Assembly: GCF_964194155.1 (NCBI RefSeq)
Contig: NC_135885.1
Location: forward strand, 39,928,001-39,992,000
From: Cetorhinus maximus
Lineage: Eukaryota
Length of the DNA: 64,000 nt
Direction: 5' to 3'
The translations under genes were made by a program, and so were the position numbers. The notes beneath the pieces are model-generated. The model was not told the DNA's origin and ran no database searches. It was given only the letters and a program-made list of their open reading frames with translations. Below are positions 38,340-51,119 of this stretch, piece by piece (within the stretch, counting starts at the first letter, position 1; the number at the start of each line of letters is the position of its first letter).

Positions 38340-39620
38340 TGGCTTTTTTTTAATTCATTCTTAGGATGTGGGCATCACTGGCTGGGCCAGCATTTAGCCC
38401 ATCCCTAGTGCCCTTGAAAAGGTGGTGATGAGCTGCCTTCTTGAACTGCTGCTGTCCGTGTGGTGTAGGTACACCCACAGTGCTGTTAGGAAAGGAGTTC
38501 CAGGATTTTGACCCAGCGACAGTGAAGGAATGGCGATATATTTCCAAGTCAAGATGGTGAGTGGCTTGGAGGGGAGCATCCAGGTGGTGGTGTTCCCATG
38601 TGTCTGCTGCCCTGGTCCTTCTGGATGGTAGTGGTCGTGAGTTTGGAAGGCGCTGTCTAAGGAGGCAGTATATTTTGTAGATGTTAGACACTGCTGCCAT
38701 TGTGCGCCGGTGGTGGAGGCAGTGAATTTTTATGGATGTGGTGCCAATCAAGCGGGCTGCTTCGTCCTGGATAGTGTCAAGCTTCATGAGTGTTGTGGGA
38801 GCTGCACTCATCCAGGCAAGTGGGGAGTATTCCATCACACTCCTGACTTGTGCCTTGTAGATGGTGGACAGGCTTTGGAAAGTCAGGAGCCGAGTTACTC
38901 GCTGCAGGATTCCTAGCTTCTGACCTGCTCTTGTAGCCACAGTATTTATATGGTTAGTCCAGTTCAGTTTCTGGTCAACGGTAACCCCCCAGGATGATGA
39001 TAGTGGGGGATTTGGCAATGGTAATGCCAGTGAATGTCATGGGGTGATGGTTAGATTCTCTCTTGTTGGTCATTGCCTGACACTTGTGTGGCGTGAATGT
39101 TACTTGCCACTTGTCAACCCAAGTCTGGATATTGTCCAGGTCTTGCTGCATTTGAACATGGACTGTTTCAGCACCTGAGGAATCGCGAATGGTGCTGAGC
39201 ATTGTGCAAACATCAGCGAACATCCTCACTTCTGACCTTATAGATGGAAGGAAGGTCATAGATGAAGCAGCTAAAGATGGTTGGGCCTAGGAAACTATCC
39301 TGAGGAACTCCTGTAGTGATGTTCTGGAGCTGAGATGATTGACCTCCAACAATCACAACCATCTTCCTTTGTGCTATGTATGACTCCAATTGCCCTTGAA
39401 TAGGTGGTGGTGAGCCACTATCTTGAACCACTGCAGTCCATGTGGTGTAGGTACACCCACAGTGCTGTTAGGGAGGGAGTTCCAGGGTTTTGACCCAGCA
39501 ACAGTGAAGGAACAGTGATATATTTCCAAGTCAGGATGGTGACTAGCTTGGAGGACAACTTCCAGGTGGTAGCGTTCTCATGCATCTGTTGCCCTTGCCC
39601 TTCGAGGTGGTGGAGAATGC
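38340..39620 (-). mobile_element. LINE-2nd family fragments (two adjacent copies)
   Basis: ORF 38350..39018 QKLNWTNHINTVATRAGQKLGIL...YKAQVRSVMEYSPLAW; GVPQDSFLGP. Confidence 0.9.
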
Positions 39621-39639
39621 TGGTTGGAAGGTATTTTGG

Positions 39640-40482
39640 AAGGACTTCAAGGGGACAGAGATAGGCTGGTGGAATAGGCAGACGTGTGGCAGATGCAATT
39701 TAGTGCAAAGAACTGTGATTGGTAGGAAGAATGAGGAGAGGCAATATAAAATAAAGAGTGCAATTCTAAAGGAGGTGCAGGAGCAGAGAGACTTGTGGAT
39801 ATATGTGCACAAATTGTTGAAGGTGGCAGGACAGTTTGAGAAGACAGTTAATAAGGTATATGGGATCCTGGGCTTTAGAAATAGAGGCATAGACTACAAA
39901 AACAAGGAAGTTGTGTTGAATTTCTATAATACATTAGTTCAGCCTCAATTGGAGCATTGTGTCCAATGCTGGATACCGCAGTTTAGAAGGATGTAAAGGC
40001 ATTACAGAGGGTGCAGAAAAGATTGACTAGAATGGTCCTGGAGATGAGAGACTTCAGTTACATTAATAGATTGTGAAGGTGTGCTGTTGTCTTTAGAGAA
40101 GAGAAGGTTGCGAGGGGATTTGTTAGAAATGTTCAAAATCATGAGGGGTCTAGGTAGAGGAGATAGTGAGGAACTGTTCCCATTTGCAGAAGGATCAAGA
40201 GTTAATGACACGAATTTAAGATTATTGGCAAAAGAACCAAAAGTGAAATGAGGAAAAACTTCTTACACAGCGCATGATTAGGATCTGGAATGCACTGCCT
40301 GGATAGAGTGAGGTCCAATCGTGGCTTTCAAAAGTTAATTGGATAAGCAACAGAAGAGAAACAATTTTCAGGGCCACAGGGTAAAGGCAGATCAGTGGGA
40401 TTAGCTGAGTAGCTCTTACAGAGAGCCAGCATGGACAAGAGGGGGTAAATGGCCTTCTTCTCTGCTGTAACCATTCTATGGT
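39640..40482 (+). mobile_element. CR1 3' fragment
   Basis: ORF 39580 VQEQRDLWIYVHK...YNTLVQPQLEHCVQCW; tail ccattctatggttcta. Confidence 0.85.
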
Positions 40483-40861
40483 TCTAGATGCCATTTGTGA
40501 GTTGCCACAAATGAAAAAAAATCAGCATCCTTCTATCAATTTCCAGTCATTTTTGTGTGGGTTCTCCCAAACTACCGCTGTAACTGCAGCATAAAATTGA
40601 CAGAAATCCTGGAGAAATGATGTAAATAGCTGTTTCTCCTGGTTCCCTGCTGAAGTTAAGGTGGGAGAGTGGGGAACCCCCATGTGTAAATCCTAGACAG
40701 AAGCCAAGTTGGATTGTCCACAAAAACATGTGTGGGAATCGTGATGCACGATTAAATCACACCCATTCAATGTAATGCAGATCATCCTTGTGCTTCCCAT
40801 CATTATCATAATGCATGTTCATTGGCTACATACATCAGCAGGGGGTCCAATATTGTTAGTT

Positions 40862-41290
40862 GCAAGCACTACTTAAAGATAGACTGTACCACTCAAAGCT
40901 AGACTGCATCGCTTAACGCTAGCCTGCACAATTTAAAGCTAGCCTGCGTAGTATAAAGGGTTAATGTTAAATATGTAAATATACAGTCTACATCATCAGT
41001 GACATAACATCACATGACAACAGAGCATGGAGACAGGTAGTTCTATGTAAAGCCTCATGCTAAGTCTGTATTGTACATACTTAATATAATGTTCAATAAA
41101 AAGGTAAAGTTTACCAACAGCCCTGACTCCAGCAGTATCTTTAAATCCACATCATGAACAGCTCCCTCTAAGACCCACAATGACGATAACAGAGCCCGCA
41201 CTAATTAAAGCTAGCCCGCACTAATTAAAGCTAGCCCGCACTAATTAAAGCTAGCCCGCACTAATTAAAGCTAGCCTGCACTAATTAAGG
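40862..41290 (+). repeat. 20-bp tandem array (AAAGCTAGCCCGCACTAATT) split by an LTR
   Basis: About 4.5 near-perfect units at 41193-41288; about 4 degenerate units at 40865-40946. Confidence 0.9.
40945..41191 (+). mobile_element. Short solo LTR (247 bp)
   Basis: TG...ATAACA termini, internal AATAAA, flanks TAGCC/GAGCC (5-bp TSD with one mismatch). Confidence 0.65.
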
Positions 41291-43330
41291 AAGATGCATT
41301 GTGTCTGCCAACATCATTCGGAGCAGTGTTGTGTGACAGAAAACAGTGGCTGACCATGGGACCAAGGTTTTCCAATGATGCACTGGAGGTCTTGGTGGAG
41401 GAGGTGGGAAAGAGGGAGAGATGTCCCCTACATGGGGTATTGGGTGGAGGGCAGTAGACCCTCCAGACACACAAAGAGAAGGCAGTGGGAGCAGATAGCT
41501 GTGGAGGTAAATGCCACAAATTTAAAACCTGGATACAGTGCCTCAAGATGTTCAGTGACATCATACAAATGGGCAAGGTCAGTGAATGCATCTTTAAATG
41601 CCATATCCCTATAACTGCATCACTAGCCTCAGCCACGGACCAATTTACTATTCAGCTACAAACAAACAATCTCTTACAATTAGGACCCATACCTAACATT
41701 ATATGCTTCACCTCACCCTCAGGAGAGGCGGGTGGAGATGGTGCCAAACACTGGGGCCTGGGGGCTGGATGGGGGTAGGCCCGGGAGCTGGGTTGGGGCA
41801 GTGGTGGGGCCTGGGCTTGGTGTTGCAAATGGAGTTTCTTGTCATCCAGGCCTGAGCAGCCAGAGCTTCAGACCTGAAAGAGCAGCTTTAAAACTATTGG
41901 AACCGTCAGCCTGACAGTTCCAATTTTTTTTAGCTGATTTTTCAGGTCAGTATCATTCAGTTACTGCGCTGCTGCCTCTGACCTTCAGGCAGCTTTGTGA
42001 TTCCAATTTTTTTTTAAAAGCCTGCCAGAAAACCATGGAGCTGCCCAAAGGTCAGCAGCAGTTCCTATTTGCAGCTACTGTCATGAGAGTGCTCGCAGCT
42101 GAATATTTGCTTGAAAAATGGTAAGTCAAATGCCTGAAATCATTTTAGAGCCAATTGGATTCTGGGGCGGTGGGGTGGTGGGGAGTGGGGAGATCGGGAG
42201 GTGGGGAGATGGGGGGTGGAGTGTTGAGGGGCAGGGCTGGTGGGAAGGTGGGGGGGTGGTGAGTGGGGATGGTGGGGTAAGGGGGTTGTAGGGGTCACTT
42301 TTAAGGCTTAGTGCCACAAAATTAAATACTGTACATGTCTCAAAATTCCCTTCTGAATTTAATCTAGTATATAAATAGCAGTCTAAATTTTCATTATACT
42401 CTAAAGCAGACACAATTTTGATGAAATGCTGTGTTGATGCATCAGAGGTTTGGGAATTTTAGGCCTCATCAAAATAAATATAAGAAACTAAAAACTGGGA
42501 GTGATGCAAAACTCACTATCGTCCATGTTATTATTCTTGTAAAATCTGGGGATGGAATCCCTACTTGTCACTAAGATATTGCTTAAAGAAAGATTTTAAA
42601 AATCTCTACTCCATCCTATGTTCACCCCAGGTAGGCTGTAAATTCAGTGTACAACAATTCGTATGACAGCTTCTGGTGAAGGGGAAGCAATCTAGTTTTT
42701 GAGTTAAGGCCGTACTGGGTTTTTGTACCATGCATCATTCTTCTCTGAAAAATTTAGATCAACAATTCAACCCACATTTTTCCTGAGTTGCTGGGAGATG
42801 TCTGATTGACAAATCCTGGGGATAGTGTCATTAGTGTAAAAGAGGCAAGTGAAATTTATGGTATATTGTGGGTTGGTGCCAGAGAAGTCAGAATGATAAG
42901 GTTGTATTAGCTACAGAGTTGAATTGTTTGTAAATGTAGTGATTTCTTTGTAGCCACTTTCCTGATGTCAGTTATGTGATTAATCAGCTCTTGATTAATC
43001 ATCCTTAGAGAATCAGCATTGGGCCTCCAATTTCACCATTGTCACTCTGCCTACTGCATGCAGATGTAATGAAAAAATGACAAAACCTACATTAATGCAG
43101 CACCTTTCACAATGTCCCAAATTGCTTTACAGCCAGTTCAATACTTCTGAAGTGTAGTCACTGGTATAATGTAGGCAATGTTGTCAAATGGTGGAGCAGG
43201 CTCAAGGGGCTGAATGGCCTACTCCTGCTCCTAATATGAATGTTTCAACCTGATAGTCTCCTAGCCTTGGACGGCCCGCTTCTACCTCCTACACAAACTA
43301 CACAAACAGGACTGTCCCAGCAGACCGATT

Positions 43331-44850
43331 GTGTCAGCCTGTTCCTGCCCCACGGAACTCATTTCTTGCTATCTTGACTCCATTCTCTCTCCCCTTGTCC
43401 AGTCCCTTCCCAGCTCCATCCGTGATTCCTCTGACACACTACATCATATCAACAATTTTCAGTTCCCTGGCCCCAACCGCCTCCTCTTCACCATGGACGT
43501 CCAATCCCTCTACACCTCCATCCCCCACCGGGATGGTCTGAGGGCCCTTAGCATCTTCCTTGAACAGAGGCCTGAACAATCCCCAACCACCACTACTCTC
43601 CTCCATCTGGCTGAACTTGTTCTCACACTGAACAATTTCTCCTTTAACTCCTCTCACTTCCTCCAAATAAAAGGTGTGGCTATGGATACCCGCATGGGCC
43701 CCAGCTATGCCTGTCTCTTTATGGGATATGTGGAACATTCCTTGTTCCAGTCCTACTCCGGCCCCCTCCCACAACTCTTTCTCCGGTACATCGATGACTA
43801 CTTTGGTGCTGCTTCATGCTCTCGTCTGGACCTGGAAAAATTTATTAATTTTGCTTCCAATCTCCACCCCTCCATCATTTTCACATGGTCCATCTCTGAC
43901 ACTTACCTTTCCTTCCTTGACCTCTCTGTCTCAATTTCTGGTGATAGACTGCCCACCAGTATCCATTACAAGCCTACCGACTCCCACAGCTACCTCGACT
44001 ACAGCTCCTCACACCCCACTTCCTGTAAGGACTCCATCCCATTCTCTCAGTTCCTTCGCCTCCGTCGCATCTGTTCTGATGATGCCACTTTCAAAAACAG
44101 TTCCTCTGACATGTCTTCCTTAACAGAGGTTTTCCACCCACGGTGGTTGACAGGGCCCTCAACCGTGTCCGGCCCATCTCCCGCGCATCCGCCCTCACGC
44201 CTTCTCCTCCCTCCCAGAAACATGATAGGGTCCCCCTTGTCCTCACTTATCACCCCACCAGCCTCCGCATTCAAAGGTTCATCCTCCGCCATTTCCGCCA
44301 ACTCCAGCATGATGCCACCACCAAACACATCTTCCCTTCACCCCCCCTGGAGACATTCCGCAGGGATCATTCCCTCCGGGACACCCTGGTCCCCTCCTCC
44401 ATCACCCCCTACACCTCAACCCCCTCCAACAGCACCTTCCCATGCAACCGCAGAAGGTGCAACACCTGCCCCTTTACTTCCCCTCTCCTCACCGTCCAAG
44501 GGCCCAAACACTCCTTTCAAGTGAAGCAGCATTTCACTTGCATTTCCCTCAGTTTAGACTACTGCATTCGTTGCTCCCAATGCGGTTTCCTCTACATTGG
44601 AGAGACCAAACGCAGACTGGGTGACCACTTTGCAGAACACCTTCGGTCTGTCCGCAAGCATTACCCAGACCTCCCTGTCGCTTGCCATTTCAACACTCCA
44701 CCCTGCTCTCATGCCCACATGTCCGTCCTTGGCCTGCTGCATTGTTCCAGTGAAGCTCAACGCAAACTGGAGGAACAGCACCTCATCTTCCGACTAGGTA
44801 CTTTACAGCCTTCCGGACTGAATATTGAGTTCAACAATTTTAGATCATGA
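43331..44850 (+). pseudogene. PLE RT-GIY-YIG ORF with one frameshift near 44120
   Basis: ORFs 43331.. and 44143..44850 join if ~7 nt, present in the copy at 1-757, are restored. Confidence 0.85.
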
Positions 44851-45226
44851 ACTCTCTCCTCCATCCCCACCCCCTTTCCGATCCCCCCCTTTTTTTTCCA
44901 ATAATTTATATAGATTTTTCTTTTCCCACCTATTTCCCACCTATTTTTAAATGTATTTCCATCCATTGTTTTATCTCTACCTTTTAGACTATTTCGATTC
45001 CTTCACCCCACCCCACCCCCACTGGGGCTATCTGTACCTTGCTTGTCCTGCTTTCTACCCTTAATTAGCACATTCCTTAGATAATATCACCACCTTCAAC
45101 ACCTCTTTGTCCTTTTGTCTATGACATCTTTTGGCTATCTCCACCTATCACTGGCCCTCTATCCAGCTCTACTTGTCCCACCCCCCTTCAACCAGCTTAT
45201 ATTTCACCTCTCTTCTATTTTTACTT

Positions 45227-45265
45227 AGTTCTGTTGAAGAGTCATACGGACTCGAAATGTTAACT
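45227..45265 (+). ncRNA. Hammerhead-like motif (family A) in the PLE 3' pLTR, variant core CTGTTGA
   Basis: AGTT-CTGTTGA-A-GAGTC atacg GACTC-GAAA-TG-TT-AACT. Confidence 0.65.
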
Positions 45266-46589
45266 GCGTTCCTCTCCGCAGATGCTGCCAGACCTGCTGA
45301 GTTTTTCCAGGTATTTTTATTTTTGTTTTGGATTTCCAGCATCCGCAGTTTTTTGCTTTTATCTTATGTGTGTTTCTATGTTCGTATGTCATTCTGGATG
45401 GATGAGATGAGCTGGGTTAGATGGTCTTTGTCATCCATAATTATCTTGCGAATAGAGAGTGGAATCATGGCTAGAGTTCTGTTTATTTTGTTGCTAATGG
45501 AAGTTTACTGTGACCAGGCTTTGTGGGGTGAAATTGCCAGGACAGCAGTGCCTAATGGGCTTATAGTGAATCAGTAACCTGTTTTACACTCCACGTGATT
45601 CTCAAGAGTCTTTTCCATTTGTTTCAATCTTGTCCATTTGTCTACTTATCTAATATCCCATTCTATCTTGGTGCTTTTATGAGTTTTTTGAGGTATTTAA
45701 ATATTGTGATAAAGTTTTATTGCATGGTAGATATTGAAAATATCTTATAGTGAGAAGCAGCAATCAGCAGTCTTCAGACCTGCTGATCAAGAAATCACAG
45801 ATACAATTGGGAACCATTCAGTCTTTGTCCTCAAGCCTCTTAAAAATTGTGTTACACAGAAATATCTGAGGGCTCCAATGTTTCTCACTGACAGTGAAGA
45901 CCTATGCTGTTCAATCATTCCATTTTGTTGCTCAGGAGTTATTTGATCTTTCTATCCTGTGAGATTACTGATAAAATAGAATCCAATTATACCCCTTGTG
46001 TGAAATAATTATATTGAATTATATCATGCGCCCAAGCAGGAGAAAGTCTTCTACTTTTTCTACAGAATGGAAAAGCTCTTGTGCAGTTTATCTGGGTTGC
46101 AAGTATTGAATCTTTCCTCCAGATATGAATTTACTATCATTATGTCCATATGGTGCAATGTGCAGAATATGTTAATGAGGGCTGAGGCAGTCACCCAAAC
46201 CATTGTTATCGTCTACACAATGTTATAAGTAACTAATGGGATATCTTCCTGTCAAATTAACAATATTGCACGATGCTGTTAAAGTAAAATTTGTACTCTC
46301 TGGTTTGTTTAATAGTTGCACTGGGATCACCTATAAGGCATACACAAACTAACACTGCATTATATCGTTGCTGTTCTTAATATTAATGACCCATGCTGCT
46401 TATATACCAAGATGACATTTGTAATCAGGTGCCAACAATGGGCATTATCATTTCACTAGGACCGTGCTGTGATTGGTGAATTGATTGGGGAATCTTGAGG
46501 AGGAAGGTTAAAGTTGTTGGCGGTGGGGGGCACAGAATAAGGGGTCCAGAAATAAGACAAGCACCAGGGCCTATGATTTCTGTACCTGG

Positions 46590-47645
46590 CCCTGCTCTCT
46601 CTCACACTTAGCACTACTGTAAGTCTCACACACTTATCGCATAGCTTGCACACACATCCAAGTATTCAGCCATGAAAGCCCCATTACCTAAACAGATTGC
46701 ACAATGTAACTACCACACTTCCTTCTCTCTTTCTGAAGATGGTGGCACATAATCAACGACAGCAGAAACTAACCAGAGGGGGAAAGGTGCACATGCATGC
46801 CCTAAGCTCCATGGAGGAGATGGTGTTGACCATTGTTGGAACAGCCATTGCTGAGCCGGGTGGAGTTGCCCAATCCATTGAAGATAACGATATCCTCAAA
46901 TCTAATCCTCCTTCTCACATCCCACCACCCCCTCATCCAATAATCTGTCTGGATTACAAATTGCACACAGTGTAAGCATGCACTTTCTCCATTCCCTTCA
47001 GGACAATCTTACCCTTGTGCCTTTCTCCTTTCAGGTACCCAAGAAGTACAACTTAGCCAAGCAGTAGAGGAAGACTAAGAAACAATGATAATGAAGACAC
47101 ACTGTTAATTGATTTCACAGTCTCAGCCACCAGCTCAGATACCAATACTCTGCGTTTCTTAGGCAGGATCTGCCATGCGACAACAGGCACAATATGCACT
47201 GCAGCCAGGGGCAATGATATCACAAGTTTCAGCTTGCCAGAGGGCAAGGTAGTACATGAGTTCCAACGTAGAGGACTCAGGTAAGCACTTTGAAGGGAAG
47301 GGCTGATGAGTGCATATACCAAAATGCTTTGCGCGTTGGGAAACTTGCCAGAAAGTCTGCAGTCAATGTCAAAGGATGTGCAGGAGTCTGGCACAAACTT
47401 GTCACAGGGCTTTGCTCTGAGCTTGGAGCTCATCCTTTCCAGCATGGAACAGGTGGCCAGCTCCACCAACACACCCGTGAACCTTGATGGACGAAGTCTC
47501 AGCTCCCGTTGCAGCACAAGCAGCTTCCACTACACGTCTGAGTGCCACAGCGGAAGCTCAGACAGATTTCATGGAAGCTCAAACTGCTGCCAAAAAGGGC
47601 CTTACAGGGTGTCACGCCCTGTCCTCCAACAGGTTATTCACATTG
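46590..47645 (+). mobile_element. Harbinger accessory (Myb-like) gene downstream exons, decayed
   Basis: KMVAHNQRQQKLTRGG...SMEEMVLTIVG; paralogous to 58455-59390. Confidence 0.6.
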
Positions 47646-47829
47646 CTGAGGCATTAATTCCCTCTTAAGGGTGTGAATTGGTGGTGGGGTAGGAAGACCA
47701 TCCATGGGCCTTCCTACCATGGACTTATATCAAGGTGGAGACAGGAGGGTGGTGGGGTCCCCACCTCCCACCCTCTGCCTGATTAAATGCCACCAAATAT
47801 GCCATGGAGTGGGCATTAAATTCTGTCCA

Positions 47830-49300
47830 TTGTGTCAGCGTGCCACTGGTCTGCTCCACCACAATTCCTGTGGTAGCATGTCTCCCATTGTATGTATGAT
47901 GCACACATAAGTATGGATTGTGAATCAAGAGCCTTAGTGGATAGCCTTTGTTGCCCAGTAGCCACCCTTTGGTTTGCGGGCATGGTTGAAATATATTTGG
48001 CACAGCAGACTATCTTAGAATTGAAAAATCGGGAAGTTGTGCCGAGCCTGTTTTGAACCTTGGTTGGAACACACTTGAGTACCAAGTGCAGCTTAGTCGA
48101 CACATTATAAAGAGGATATAGAGGCACTGGCAAGGGTACAGTGAAGATTTACAAGGATGATACCAGAAATGCATGGGTATACATTTCAAGAAAGAATTAA
48201 CAGGCTAGATCTCTTTCCTCCTGAACAAAGAAGGCTGAGGCCTAATAGAGGCCTTTAAAATTATGAAAGGTTTTTATAGACCGGATACAGAGAGAATGTT
48301 CCCTCTTGTGGGGAAGAGCACAATATAAGGCCATCAATATAAGATAGTCACCAAGAAATCCAGTAGGGAATACAGAAGAAACTTCTTTATCCAAAGAGTG
48401 GCGAGAGTGTGGAACTCACCACCACAGGGAGTGGTTGAAGCAAATAGTATAGATGCATTTAAGAGGAAACCAGACAAGCATGTGAGGGAGAAGGGAATAG
48501 ATGATTATGATAAATTTAGATGAGAAAAGATGAGAGGAGACCTGAGTGGGGCATAAAAACCCAGCATGGTCTGGTTGGGCTGAATTGCCTGTTTCTATGC
48601 CATATTTCCTATGTAATACTCAGTAAGAATGAAGGCATCATGGCTGCTGCTAAGGTATTGGGCATTAACTTGCATAATGTGCCACCGATGGTCACACACC
48701 AACTGAATGTTGTGCGAGCAGAATCCTTTCAGTTCATTACATGGCAAACTTGACATGCAGGGCCCACAAAGCAGTGGGCATGCTGTCTATTGCACCCTGC
48801 ACCTCGAAAAAGCCAGCAAATCTTGCAAACCCTTGTGCTCGTTCTTCCACCTGTTCTCTGACAAGTGGAATGAAATGAAATGATCTCCCTTTGAATACAG
48901 AGACTCATTAACCCCCCTTATGCAACATTGGACAGGAAGCTGTGAGATGTTGCTAATATCTCTAGTTCCAGCTTGGAAGGAACCAGATGTATAAAAGTTC
49001 ATAGACATGGTCACCTCTGTCTGAGATTTGGAGTTGTGTCTGCAGCAAGTGACAGAATTCAGTGATAACATCCTCAGTGAAGTTCAGACATTCCAAACAT
49101 TTGTCATGCTGAGATTCAAGTGGATGAAATGCCCCCTGAACACCCGAGGTTGAAATGGCCTCCTGCTGAGAACCCTCCTCCCCTGTCCTCCTCTTCTCTC
49201 TTCTAGCAGCTTGTGCTGCTCTGCATGGCCTCTGCTCTTTCTCCAGTCATTCTCGATTCCAAGAGGAATGCCTACTAGTACTCCAATGTCTGGGAGTAAC
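47830..49300 (-). pseudogene. Harbinger (HARBI1-type DDE) transposase remnant, interrupted by a CR1 fragment
   Basis: NFYTSGSFQ...ISQ, VQGAID, KGFCSHNIQLVCDH, GWLLGNKGYPL, YNGRHATT...VEQTSGTL motifs in the expected order. Confidence 0.85.
48055..48620 (+). mobile_element. CR1 3' fragment nested in the Harbinger transposase
   Basis: cacacttgagta...gtggaactcacc...CR1-type tail. Confidence 0.8.
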
Positions 49301-49523
49301 TGGTTTGTGCAGAAGTCTTAAAGTAAGCAGAAGTCTTGAAATAAGCAAAAGTCCTTCAGGACCTGCCACACATCTGCTACACCTGTCCTGTAGACTTTTG
49401 AAACATAAAACAATGATGGAAAGGAGAAAAACATGAAGAATTGTAGCAACAGGCAGAAGAACTAAACCAGGAACTAACCTATAAGTAGTTGATGATCCTG
49501 TTAAATAGCATTGATGTTGAGGT

Positions 49524-49677
49524 ACAAAGTTGATGTTTCGAGTCCTCATGACCCTTCAAGATGATTCGAAACGTCAACTTTGTTCTTCTCCGCTGATGCT
49601 GCCAGACCTGCTGAGTTTTTCCAGGTAATTTTGTTTTTGTTTTGGATTTCCAGCATCTGCAGTTTTTTGTTTTTATT
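49524..49677 (+). mobile_element. 154-bp family-A mini-element with a 5' inverted hammerhead fragment
   Basis: Perfect 14-bp TSD ATTGATGTTGAGGT at 49510-49523 and 49678-49691. Confidence 0.9.
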
Positions 49678-51119
49678 ATTGATGTTGAGGTGTTCAGCTG
49701 TGTGAGGTTAAGAGAGGAATTCCATTGCATTTGATCTTTGCCTGAAGGCAGTTCTTTGGCCCATTGTCTGCTGATGCTGCATTCTAAGCTGTTTTCCTCA
49801 GCAGTTTTTGTCATTGATGGCTTGCTGTTATCTTCCACTCTCAGGGGAAGGGCCAGGAGGCAGGTCCTAAGTTTTCCTTAGTTGGTACAGGAATTGAACC
49901 CACTCTGTTGGAGTTATTCTGAACCACATGGTAGCCATCTAGCCAACTGAGCTAATTGGGCCCCTGGCTAGAATATGGGGCTCCAAAATATCAATGCTGG
50001 CACCAAATGAATGTTGTCCACTCATTGCAGCCATGACCTATCTGTTCTACATCCTATGGCAGATGTTAATATGCTTCCTATCCCCTTCATCAAGGTGGAC
50101 CCTGGTGCACTTCATGTCAGAAGTGTGTGCATGCCTCCTGGATGCCATTTTGGAATGCTAAGAGCACTTGTAACATCATGTTATCAAGTTCAATTTTTCC
50201 CCCTATATCTTTACAAATGAACTCATATCGCTTGCAGACTAAAACAACTGGTTTAATCTCTATATTAAATAGCAACAAGAAGCATTTAATGTATGCATTA
50301 ACAGATGTGCTAACAATAGCACATAAAGAGAAATAAACCCAGTAATTTCATACCCAGCTACGCATTCCAGTGATCATTGGATAATCATTACATGAAACTA
50401 GAGATCATGCAAGAGAAATCCTAACTACATAAGATTCCTTGTTACATTATAATTTTGTATTCAACTCAAAAGTAACCAAATGGCTTAGTGAACAAGGCAA
50501 CACTCCATTCTTTATTTGGTTATACTTCACATACCATAGATAATCTAAAGTGTGTTCTTTAAAAAGTTGCATGTCTTTATGAGAGCTGGTTTTATTTTTA
50601 TTTAAACAAATGATCATGTGAAGGTAAATTCACTGATCTACATGTGGAGCTGCACACAAAGGGAGTAAATGAGAATGAACACAATGGTGTTGTGCCTTAC
50701 CTCCAAGTTGTACTCTCTTTAAGCTGAGAGCTTAGGATCAGTGAAGTTATTCTCTAGTGTTTAGGTTGAGGCCCAGACATATAACCTCAGTTCAACATTG
50801 ATACTTACCATTTTACAATTTAAAAATGTGGAGATTTTACAAAGCAGAGAGTGGAATATGGATTGACTGCCGTCACCCATCCATAGCTCCTTCACTTATC
50901 CTGGCAGGACTCTTTCATCTGTTTAACTGATTTATGACTGCATTTTCCAGTGTGATACATTGTCAGCTAAAAATAATGATTTTGAAACAAATGTATGTAC
51001 ACATCAGCATGTCTCCAGGAAGTTCTCGATGACAAAGACTCATTGCAAATTGAGAGATCAGCAGAGAGACATCAGAAATTTCAGTTTGAGAGTGAGAAAC
51101 TTGGGTCAGAAACAACTGT

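Larger units (their letters stand above)
40545..41720 (+). mobile_element. Harbinger-derived element 5' part with Myb/SANT-like exon (~41350-41577)
   Basis: PRFSNDALEVLVEEV...KRRQWEQIAVEVNA...WIQCLKMFSDI (frameshifted), followed by a GT donor. Confidence 0.7.
43247..45364 (+). mobile_element. Penelope-like element, 5'-truncated: RT + GIY-YIG endonuclease + 3' pLTR with hammerhead (family A)
   Basis: MDVQSLYTSIPH, GVAMDTRMGPSYA, RYIDD; CNRRRCNTC and YCIRCSQCGFLYIGETKR; flanked by tatgaatgtttc / tatgtgtgtttc. Confidence 0.95.

Noticed and set aside
41193-41290. Regular 20-bp repeats resembling a CRISPR array
   Set aside because: Head-to-tail units with no spacers, in a vertebrate context
49860-49965. 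tRNA-like sequence on the minus strand (also 60045-60108)
   Set aside because: Degenerate SINE heads; no convincing cloverleaf
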